DNA of 64,000 nucleotides from Candidatus Bathyarchaeota archaeon (GTDB lineage Archaea > Thermoproteota > Bathyarchaeia > Bathyarchaeales > Bathycorpusculaceae), in assembly GCA_963775685.1 (NCBI GenBank), contig CAVZJV010000005.1, positions 95,465 to 159,464 on the forward strand, given 5' to 3'. Made by a program: the position numbers and the translations under genes. Below the pieces are notes generated by a model. That model made no database searches and was not told the DNA's origin. It saw only the letters and a list, made by a program, of their open reading frames with translations. Positions 42,626 through 51,214 of the stretch are shown in pieces. Within the stretch, counting starts at the first letter, position 1. Each line of letters starts with the position of its first letter.

Positions 42626-43445
42626 TTAAATATGGAAAAAGCCATTACTTGCTTGATTAGTTACTCTATTATTGTAGGGTTTTACCGCAGGTGCGGCAGT
42701 AAGAGGCAGCATCATAGTTTTCCGTGCCACAATTTGGGCAACGTTTTGCTTGTGTAAAGTGTTGGGGTGGCTGTAGCAGGATAAGAGATGGGAGATGTTT
42801 GGGTTGGCTGGAGCCTTTGGAATCCTATGGCCGCAAAAATCCAGCCGATCCAAGCGATTAAAGGTATGATCATGCCGATTAAGTAAAGAATCCCTGCGGT
42901 GCCAAAAGAGTCCACTCCCGATTTTTCTTTCAGTTTGTTGAAAGCTCGCATGTAAAGAAACCCGTTAACTAAAACTAAAACTATCAACACCGCTATAACC
43001 ACGACGTAACTTAGCATTGCTTGAACAAAAGCGGTTGGGGGATTTTGGGCTGTTTGCGGGATGTTTGCTATCGATAAGAAAAAACTCGCCAGATAAATCC
43101 CGAAAATAACTACAACTTCTGCAATCGTGAGGAAAAAAGCGTAAAGTACATTCTTGAAAATGCCCGGTTCGTTGTAGTAGTGCGACAGGTTATACATAGC
43201 CACCATAAACAGGACAAAGCCGACAATTCCCAAAACCGCGATTGCAACGATGAAAACTATGACGCCGATGGAAAAACCAAAAAGCCAGGTATCAATGCGC
43301 CTCTTCCGATTTCGGCTGCAACCGCAGAAATAACAGACAGAACAATAGCTGCAAATCCAATTATCGCTACAACTGGCAAGATAACACTGATTAAGCTGGC
43401 GGTTAAGCCTAATTTCTTCCCTAATTCCAAGAGGTTGGTTGAAAG
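42626..43445 (-). pseudogene. DUF996-like membrane protein with C-terminal Zn ribbon, frameshifted
   Basis: LSHYYNEPGIF and SGVDSFGTAG motifs; CPNCG in another frame. Confidence 0.7.
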
Positions 43446-43459
43446 TCCACGCTCTCTTT

Positions 43460-43925
43460 TACTCGTTTTGTTGCATACCAAGCCACCGCAACTGAAAGCA
43501 CGGACAAACCAAAAAACACAGCCACAAAGGAAACAAGTGCATTTGGCAAAGGGCACCAGAAAATCAACAAACCCATGGGCAAAGCAATCAAAACAAACCT
43601 ACTCTTTTCGGTAAATGAGCCATCACGCAGGTAACCTCATACAAAATGAATCAAAATCAAAGAAACCTCTCGGAGTGCCCAAAGCCACTCACCGCGAAAC
43701 CTCAGATGTGGATGCAAAAATTCCATGAGCACTTTCACTCAGCTGGGTGTAGAGAGTTTGTGGAAGGGCACTATTGTTGAGAGAATAAAACAATAGGCAA
43801 CTAAATTGACCAGCGAGAGGGCACTTGTGAAAGCGGCGGTTAAGATACCAATTCACCCTCAGGGCAGTCGCTATGATAATTACGGCAACTGGATGAACAA
43901 TAAAGATGGGATCGATATTTTGCAT
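43460..43925 (-). pseudogene. Degraded membrane protein remnant (YhfC-like)
   Basis: MQNIDP N-terminus and ALPMG..DFLVPF fragment with deletions. Confidence 0.4.
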
Positions 43926-44077
43926 TACAACCGTTACTAAGTTTAATTTTAACAGAAGTCACAATTTTTTCTGCATCTCTGTAGCTCTGCCAGATACTTT
44001 TATGGCAGCTAGAAGCCTCAGAAATGTGTCGTTTTGTTTATAGGGAAAAAATGAGTTTAACTATGGTTTAGTTTTAG

Positions 44078-44509
44078 TTATTTTTTCCAGTTTCCTTGAC
44101 TCCACTTGTTGAAGTCTGTCGGCGTTACCTTGATTATGGGTATGTCGCCTTCTTTCCAGCTGCCTTCGGGGCTCGCGTACTCTGGGTACTTTTCTTTGAG
44201 CAGGTCATGGGCGTAGCGGTATTCTTTGCCGTTCCACATAACCTCCGCTTCGCCTTGAACCCGGATTCCTTTAAAAATTGACCAATTTTTTTCGTCGTAG
44301 TCATCAAAAACCAGCGATACCTGAGGGTTTGCCTCTATGTGCTCCAACTTGGGTGTGTCAGGGTCAGAGGCTATGTAGATGTTTGCGCCGTCAAAGATAG
44401 CCCAAACCGGTCTCACTACAGGCTCGCATTCTTCGGTTGCGGTTGCAAGGCGGCAAACTGGTAACTGTTTAATAAACGCAATATCGGATTTTGAAAGTTT
44501 AATCCCCAT
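44078..44509 (-). CDS. Pyridoxamine 5'-phosphate oxidase-like (split-barrel) protein
   Basis: RLAT....P.V.PV, KLEHIEANPQVSLVFD.Y, GEAE, KYPEY. Confidence 0.88.
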   Translation of the reverse strand: MGIKLSKSDIAFIKQLPVCRLATATEECEPVVRPVWAIFDGANIYIASDPDTPKLEHIEANPQVSLVFDDYDEKNWSIFKGIRVQGEAEVMWNGKEYRYAHDLLKEKYPEYASPEGSWKEGDIPIIKVTPTDFNKWSQGNWKK

Positions 44510-44642
44510 TTAGGCACCAACACGACATCATTTTTGCAGAAAAACCTGCAAGACAATAGTTAACAAGGTCAACCTTTTAAACTATATTGAAACAGCTAAA
44601 CCAAATCCTTCTAAAAAATCTATCTCCATTAGCCTACATAAA

Positions 44643-45005
44643 TTAGCGTTTACCCAAATTTTCCTTCACGCGAAACGTCACTATCTTCTTCACCAAATCG
44701 AGCGGAAGTGGCTTATCCAAAGGAAACCTGACTGTTCCTTTGCTCACTACATAACCAGACAATTCCTCTTTAAACTCCTCAACACCTAAAGCAGTCGGAA
44801 AAAAACCAATATGATCTTTGAACGCGGCAAACCATACCAGAACACCGTTCTGTTTGAATGCAGGCATCTGATAACTAATCACCTCTTCCGCTTCGGGCGC
44901 AGCTACTCTAATCGCTTGCCGCATCTCTTCTAAAATAATTTGGATATCCTTAGGAAAAGTTGAGATATATCCCTCTATGTTTTGAAATTGTTTCTTAGGC
45001 GCCAT
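44643..45005 (-). CDS. DUF1801/YdhG-like protein
   Basis: APEAEEVISYQMPAF, AFKDHIGFFP, SKGTVRFP. Confidence 0.9.
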   Translation of the reverse strand: MAPKKQFQNIEGYISTFPKDIQIILEEMRQAIRVAAPEAEEVISYQMPAFKQNGVLVWFAAFKDHIGFFPTALGVEEFKEELSGYVVSKGTVRFPLDKPLPLDLVKKIVTFRVKENLGKR

Positions 45006-45170
45006 GCTTCCCCACGCAGAATAAGGGTTGTTATCCTCTGTTTATTTTTGGTACACCCTGATTTAGATTTAGTGGTAAGTATGGGTGAGAAATGTTTTTG
45101 GAGTCCACTAGTTTTAATTTCCAGAAAGGTTTAATTGAAATACAGCATAATGGATTGGCTGAACTGGCGT

Positions 45171-45257
45171 GCGGGATTCCCCAAGCCTGGTATGGGGCAG
45201 GCCTGCTAAGTCTGTGGTCGAAAGGCCGCGTGGGTTCAATTCCCACATCCCGCGCCA
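45171..45257 (+). tRNA. tRNA-Ser(GCT)
   Basis: GCGGGAT/ATCCCGC acceptor, CAGGC-CTGCTAA-GTCTG anticodon arm, long variable arm, CCA. Confidence 0.96.
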
Positions 45258-45573
45258 AGCTCATTTTTAAAAATAGAGCTTGATTATTGGTTAATTTAGC
45301 GAATAAATCCAAAAACACTCCAATAATTCTTGCAGTTTTGTCGCTAATTCATCTAAATTGACTTCTCACTTAAATCACACACCAATCAGAGAAGACTTGA
45401 ACCCATCTCAGTCTATGCTCCATAAATACCTATAACCAGCAAGGTTCAGGTCCGACGGGGGTCAAGCACGCAGGTGATTACTCACTCACGCTTTTTCTTT
45501 TTGCCTCAATGGAATCTTGTTCCTCGTTTTAGTAATGAATATGGAACTAAAACCATTTTTTGCCATTCCATTA

Positions 45574-45885
45574 CTATACATTCAAGCTGTGAATTTTTCT
45601 AAGTAGCGACCTGCAATCTTCCAACCCCTTCTCAGTTATCTCCACAACCTGATGTACGCCGCCCCAAGACCTAACAGAGCGGACTCTGATCAGACCAGAA
45701 GCTTCCATCTTTACCAAGTGATTCTCCAAACTACCCTTTCCCAACCCTACGAAAGAACGCAAATCCACAGAAGTCAACTTCTTGTTCATGGCAAGCAGAA
45801 TCAAAATCAGTATTCTGGTTGATGATTTGAAGGTAGGGTCGTTTAGCTGCTCGTTTAATGATTTAATTATGTCTGTGCTGGGCAT
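45574..45885 (-). CDS. Winged-helix regulator (ArsR/HTH_34-like)
   Basis: R..IL..L...GSLENHL.KME.SGLI...ITEKG; start at ATG 45885. Confidence 0.85.
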   Translation of the reverse strand: MPSTDIIKSLNEQLNDPTFKSSTRILILILLAMNKKLTSVDLRSFVGLGKGSLENHLVKMEASGLIRVRSVRSWGGVHQVVEITEKGLEDCRSLLRKIHSLNV

Positions 45886-45907
45886 TTGAAGTTGGGTTGT
45901 TGGTAGG

Positions 45908-46578
45908 TTACCAATTTGGGGGATCCTCCAGAGAGATGGGAGGTTTGCGTCTGCGCGCATGTGCAGAAGCTAAGATAAGAACGACAAGAAAGATTACCCA
46001 AAGAATCAGGTAAAAGCCCACATTGGCTTTTAGGAGAGAAACAACAAGACCCCCTAACGTGTAAATAGTTAATGCCGACACAACGGCTATACTTTCTCGT
46101 GGCAGCCGCTCAGGGAACGACCCTTTAAGCGCAAAGAATAAAGGAAACACTGTTGTGGCCAAAAGTCCGAATCTAAAACCAAAAAGTCGTGGTGCAGCAA
46201 GAAAATTGCGGCAAGAATCGGTAAAAAGTAGGCCGTCCAAATTAATGTTATCCACGAAGGCCTCAGCAATTTTGTCCATATTGAATCCACAATTTCTCTG
46301 CGTACAAGCATGGAGTTATAAGCCTTCTTGAAAATCCAAGCAATCATGGCAGCGCCCACAATGCTCAACGCTGTGTTAACCAAGATTGCAGCAACGAGAA
46401 AATAGCCAGCTGAAAGCCCAAGGAATAGGACAATCAAGGGCAGAAAAGGTATGAGGACAATTTCAGCGGCGACTGCAGCATAACAGAGGCCCCAAGCTCT
46501 CTATAGTATGTACAGTTCTATAACTAGGGCTTTTTATGCGACCCGCTTAATTTGCTCTGGTGAAACGCCCTCGACCAT
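45908..46578 (-). pseudogene. Multi-TM membrane protein, frameshifted
   Basis: Hydrophobic ORF fragments in successive frames upstream of the wHTH gene. Confidence 0.6.
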
Positions 46579-46638
46579 TATTTATCTCCTTAATTTCTAT
46601 ATCTGAGTGCTATGGCTCTTTTGACCTTTGTCTTTTTG

Positions 46639-46653
46639 GTACAAATTTTGTAC
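46639..46653. promoter_or_regulatory. Palindrome between divergent operons
   Basis: GTACAAA-T-TTTGTAC. Confidence 0.45.
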
Positions 46654-46727
46654 TCATGCAACATTATTTGTGAAACATAAGCCCTATTAGCAGACAATAG
46701 GTAACATTTAATCCAAAGGGATCATGC

Positions 46728-47646
46728 TTGATTGATACAGAAAATCTTACCAAAAAATTCGGGGAACTAACAGCCGTAGACAACCTCACCCTACATGTTA
46801 ATGACGGCGAAGTTTTCGGTTTTCTTGGACCAAATGGCGCTGGAAAAACTACTACCATTAGAATGCTTTGCTGCCTAATATCAAAGACCAGCGGAAGCGC
46901 CAAAATAGGCGGGTATGAAATAGGCAATAAGGAAGATTCACTCAAAATCCGCAAAATCATCGGATTGGTTCCTGATAATGTGGGATTATCTGAAAATTTA
47001 ACCGCTTACGATAACCTCGACTTTTACGGAAAAATATACGATTGCTCGGACCGCTCAAAGGAAAGAGAACATCCAACGTTTTCTTGAGATGTTGGGGCTT
47101 TGGGATAAGAGAAACGTTTTAGCAGGGACCTTTTCCAAGGGCATGAAACAAAAACTCGCCATAGCCCGCGCCCTCATACATGACCCACAAGTACTTTTCA
47201 TGGACGAGCCTACTGCAAATTTAGATCCAGAGGCTTCGAAAACAGTCCGAGATTTCATTCTTCAACTAAAAAAAGAGAAGAAGACAATCTTTCTAAACAC
47301 TCACAACCTCGACGAGGCGCAAAGAATCTGCGACAAGGTAGCAATAATGAATACGAGTCTTAGGGCAATCGGTACTCCGCAGGACCTTGAAAGGTCCGTT
47401 AGCGGCAAGAAGACAGTTATCGGATTGGAACAGCAAGTGAACGATGCCGTTTTGGCGGCACTGAAAAAACTGGCGCTCAAAAACCTGTCCACCGGCGGCG
47501 ACACGATAACATTTGACGTGGAAAACCCAGACAAGGAAAATTCACCTGTTATAGAGGCTATAGTCCTGGCGGGCGGTCATGTCAAATCAATCAATGTGGT
47601 GGGCTCAACTTTGGAAGATACCTATCTAAAACTTGTGAGGAAATAA
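46728..47646 (+). pseudogene. ABC-2 type exporter ATPase, frameshift near 47050-47090
   Basis: GPNGAGKTT in the first frame; FSKGMKQK, FMDEP and NTH in the second. Confidence 0.88.
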
Positions 47647-47648
47647 AT

Positions 47649-48392
47649 ATGAGACTCTCAAAGGCGTGGATTATAGCAGCTAGGGACTTCAAGATATTTA
47701 GGCGAGTAAAAAACGTCTGGTATTCAATTATCATCTTCCCAGTTGTTATCTCGGTTCTGTTTCCGGTGATACTGGAGTATTTAGCAATAAGGGGGAACCA
47801 CGGACTCGCAGCGCCGGGTGTGCTTCCAAATTTGCTTAACTCCTTTTCCTTCTTTTTAGTTATAGGAGCAGCGTACGTTCCCTTAGGGATTGCCTCCTAC
47901 AGTATAGTTGGGGAGAAAGTGGAGAAGAGTCTGGAACCGCTTCTAGCCACGCCCCTTACTGATGGAGAAATATTGCTTGGAAAAGCCATTTCCGCAATTA
48001 TTCCAACTTTAGTAGCAATGTATGCGGCTGCAGTAGTCTTCATGGTGGGCATTGATGAGGTTACTTTCAGTACGCTTGGCTACTATTATTTTCCAAACTG
48101 GAACATCGCCACTTTGCTGTTAGTTCTGATGCCGGTCGCCATTGTTATGAGTGTTCTGTTCAGCGTGATTGTTTCATCAAGAGTTAATGATGTGCGCAGC
48201 GCTAACAGTTTTGGAATTTTTATTCTCTTTCCACTTCTTGGCATATACCTTGCCAGCGAGACAAGCATAATAACTCTTGACGTAAACGGTCTGCTCATAA
48301 TTTCAGGTATACTTTTAGCGGTTGATGTGGCGCTTTTCTTTGTCAGCACAAAGACTTTTCGAAGGGAGGAAATACTGACAAAATGGAAGTAA
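47649..48392 (+). CDS. ABC-2 type permease
   Basis: SIVGEKVEKSLEPLLATP...ILLGK; six TMs. Confidence 0.9.
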   Translation: MRLSKAWIIAARDFKIFRRVKNVWYSIIIFPVVISVLFPVILEYLAIRGNHGLAAPGVLPNLLNSFSFFLVIGAAYVPLGIASYSIVGEKVEKSLEPLLATPLTDGEILLGKAISAIIPTLVAMYAAAVVFMVGIDEVTFSTLGYYYFPNWNIATLLLVLMPVAIVMSVLFSVIVSSRVNDVRSANSFGIFILFPLLGIYLASETSIITLDVNGLLIISGILLAVDVALFFVSTKTFRREEILTKWK

Positions 48393-48448
48393 AGAGTCTT
48401 TATGCTTGCCTAGATACAGAACAACATGTTGAAACGGGGTGGTGGTAA

Positions 48449-48556
48449 ATGACTACTGAGGTACTTTACATCGTCATTGCTGTAACCGTTGTAATTATGG
48501 TATTAGGATATCTTTTCAAGTATCGTTTCAAGAAGAACACGAAAACAACGCAATAA
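48449..48556 (+). CDS. 35-aa single-TM microprotein (not in ORF track)
   Basis: GGTGG RBS; MTTEVLYIVIAVTVVIMVLGYLFKYRFKKNTKTTQ. Confidence 0.55.
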   Translation: MTTEVLYIVIAVTVVIMVLGYLFKYRFKKNTKTTQ

Positions 48557-48616
48557 ATCAGGAGAGAATGCTAACAAAGTGGAAGCAGCAAAGTTAGAGG
48601 AGGGAGGTTCAAAAAA

Positions 48617-48868
48617 ATGACAAAAGCCAAGTTTGAAATAGGCGAGACTGAAAAACATACCATTATTGTTAATGCGAGCGCGCTTCTAAAATACATCAAG
48701 ATAGAAGTGGATGGCGAAAAAGTCGTTAATGAAGCAAACTTTCAGCCATTGGCAAAGAAGTTCCAGTTGGACGTGGGAAATTCCGAAAAGCATCATTTGG
48801 AAATCAGCGCTGGACCGTTCTCGCCTATCAAACTATTCGTGGACGGAAAAGAAGCTCAAAAAACCTGA
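48617..48868 (+). CDS. Small beta-rich hypothetical protein with internal duplication
   Basis: Two repeats of F.(I/V)G..EKH...I.....VDG; strong GGAGG RBS. Confidence 0.8.
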   Translation: MTKAKFEIGETEKHTIIVNASALLKYIKIEVDGEKVVNEANFQPLAKKFQLDVGNSEKHHLEISAGPFSPIKLFVDGKEAQKT

Positions 48869-49006
48869 AACTGCATCGATAGCCCAAAAATTTGAAATTT
48901 AGCCAAACTAACCGATAATCTTTTCCGGTGTAGATATCGAAAAAAGGCAGCGCGTGCTAAAGTGGAAGCAACCAAGTTGGAAGAGATGAGGGAGGAGGTG
49001 GGAAAA

Positions 49007-49196
49007 GTGGTGGACTGGAAAGATTATTATCAAACACACAAACAAAGGGCGACTCCTTGGAATTGGGGGAATATTAATTGTTGTGGGCCTTGTCCTCTAT
49101 TTTGCAAGAGTCCAAGAAGCAGTGCTCGTATTACCCATCGTTGGGATTGTGTTGTTCATTGCAGGTGTTATTTGTAAGCCGCGCAAGAAGAAATAA
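49007..49196 (+). pseudogene. Small two-TM protein, frameshift in a G run
   Basis: GILIVVGLVLYF...IVGIVLFIAGVICKPRKKK after the shift near 49065. Confidence 0.5.
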
Positions 49197-49636
49197 AATG
49201 TTACCAGCGACGCGCAATAGCCAGTAATCCTCGACCGCTTGGATATCTGTCCACTCGGTCCATCTTTTTTAATATTTTGAGTTCAAAGCAATAGAATCGG
49301 TATTTTTTTCAGGTAGATGTTATATCTTCTGCGTCCGATATTTGGACGAGCACCTGCTCCGCGGCTATTTCAATTTCGCACCCTTTGACAAAAGGCTGGG
49401 CGCGCATGCGATTGTCTCATAGGTTCCGAACCCATTTCAGACTGTGTGAAAACCTCCAATCGAGCTCAGAAAATTGCTGTAAATGTGTATTGTATCCTTT
49501 CTTAATCAAACACTATTTACATAAAACTATCAATTTCATGAAATTAAAATTAGTTTCTACACAGTCTCTGTAGGGGATAAGTCCGGTACGACCTACCACT
49601 GTTTTTAGATAATTTTGTAACGACGACTTAAACGAC

Positions 49637-49661
49637 GGTTTCAATCTAGCCCTCGGCACCA
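49637..49661 (+). other. tRNA 3'-end remnant (att-like scar)
   Basis: GGTTTCAATCTAGCCCTCGGCACCA resembles a T-loop + acceptor 3' strand + ACCA. Confidence 0.55.
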
Positions 49662-50016
49662 CCAATTAACATAAAACAATCTAATTGATATGGAGCGCAT
49701 TGGCGTAAATCAGGCTTAATTTAATTTATTTTGGCTATAAATGATTTTTCGGGTCCAGGCATTCCCAAAGAGCGTTTAAATCTTACAGCAAGATTTGAAA
49801 AAGTCATAAAATTATTAAAAAGTTCCAACCCCTTTTGGGCGCAGAGATATCACTCGCACAAACCATTTTTAGTCTATTTTTCTCATTCTATATGTTCCAT
49901 TAGCAGGATAAAAATGCAAGGCTTAGCCAACATAAATTGCAATCGAAAACCCTGATTATCCAAGTATCAGGTTATAGACTAAAAGGACCGGAATTGGTTC
50001 ATCTATTGCGTACAGT

Positions 50017-50295
50017 CTATCGGTAGGCTATGCCCATGCGTTTCATAAAATCAAGAACTTTCCCGTACTCTACGATATACTGTTTACCCTTTTCTGTAAG
50101 CTTAAGCGATGTCTGATCTTGAATCAGGCCTAAATCATTGAGTTCTGATATGTACGTTTTTAACCTATCAAAAGGGACTTTAAGTTGTACTTGAACATGC
50201 GTTAACACAATATTTTCTTCTCTACTTTCGGCATAGAGTAGTGATAAAAGGTCACCGTAGATTTTCAATCTGTCCCTACGCGCGATTTGTTTCAT
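50017..50295 (-). CDS. Winged-helix regulator (HTH_45-like)
   Basis: RRDRLKIYGDLL...LTEKG. Confidence 0.88.
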   Translation of the reverse strand: MKQIARRDRLKIYGDLLSLLYAESREENIVLTHVQVQLKVPFDRLKTYISELNDLGLIQDQTSLKLTEKGKQYIVEYGKVLDFMKRMGIAYR

Positions 50296-50969
50296 TTAGT
50301 CTCTCCTTTTTTTATTCTGTAAAAAGACTCGTATGAAACAAAAAAGAACAAGGCTAGACCCGCCCAACGAATTGCCAGAGCCCCCCACCAAGCAGACATA
50401 CTATTATCGATAGCATAAATGATCAGGGAGTACTGACTTATTCCAAAAAGAATATAGCCCAATGGAATCCATAGCGTTTCTGGATCAGGCTTTTCTAAAT
50501 GGCTTCTGAGTGTATGGGCACAAAGATAAACAATGAAAATTAGATTGAGGCCTCTGGTAAAGGTACTTGTAAGTTGATAACTGGGCAGAGCAATATCGGG
50601 AATGATAAGGAGCAGAAATGAAACTAGAACAGCTGTAATTAATAAAGCCAAAGTAGTATTCCAGAGCCTTCTACTTCCTCCACTTTTTCTTGAAAAATAA
50701 TATGTGACACATAGAAAAGCAAATGCGAGAGTTCTTACTACGAGTTGAAAATATATTGTTCCTCTGCCAAAAAAATGTGGTTGGAAGTAAACAAAGGCAG
50801 ATAAAGCGTAGGTTGCTCCAAGAAACCCAAATCCGAGTGGTAGTCCAAGGTACCTGCTTTCTCCAGTCACCTGGTAGGGTTTAATCATGAATCTTACGAG
50901 AATGAAGCAAAAAATGGCGGAGGCAACTTCGTAGACAACTCGAAATGTTTGGTAAGAGTAAGGGTCCAT
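50292..50969 (-). CDS. Seven-TM membrane protein, putative sensor
   Basis: About 7 hydrophobic helices with duplicated PLG(F/Y) motif; stop overlaps the wHTH start. Confidence 0.8.
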   Translation of the reverse strand: MDPYSYQTFRVVYEVASAIFCFILVRFMIKPYQVTGESRYLGLPLGFGFLGATYALSAFVYFQPHFFGRGTIYFQLVVRTLAFAFLCVTYYFSRKSGGSRRLWNTTLALLITAVLVSFLLLIIPDIALPSYQLTSTFTRGLNLIFIVYLCAHTLRSHLEKPDPETLWIPLGYILFGISQYSLIIYAIDNSMSAWWGALAIRWAGLALFFFVSYESFYRIKKGETK

Positions 50970-51033
50970 CGTAAATTCACCGTGTTTTAGTGCTTTTTTT
51001 AACAATCTTGTATGTTTCCCCAATAATATTTTT

Positions 51034-51158
51034 CACTCACGATAGGTGAGTGTGACTTGTTGGCATCCTCTCTTTGACGGCAGTTACGAAAAGGTGTTGA
51101 CAATATACTTGGTGAAGATTAACCAATAAGCGTTTTTTGGGCTCACAATAGGTGAGTG
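51034..51158. promoter_or_regulatory. Pair of palindromic operators CTCAC-N5-GTGAG
   Basis: CACTCACGATAGGTGAGTG (51034-51052) and CTCACAATAGGTGAGTG (51142-51158). Confidence 0.75.
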
Positions 51159-51214
51159 AGGCTTATTAGCACTTAAGTTGCGAATAAGGAACTACAAAAA
51201 GGAGAAAAATATAC

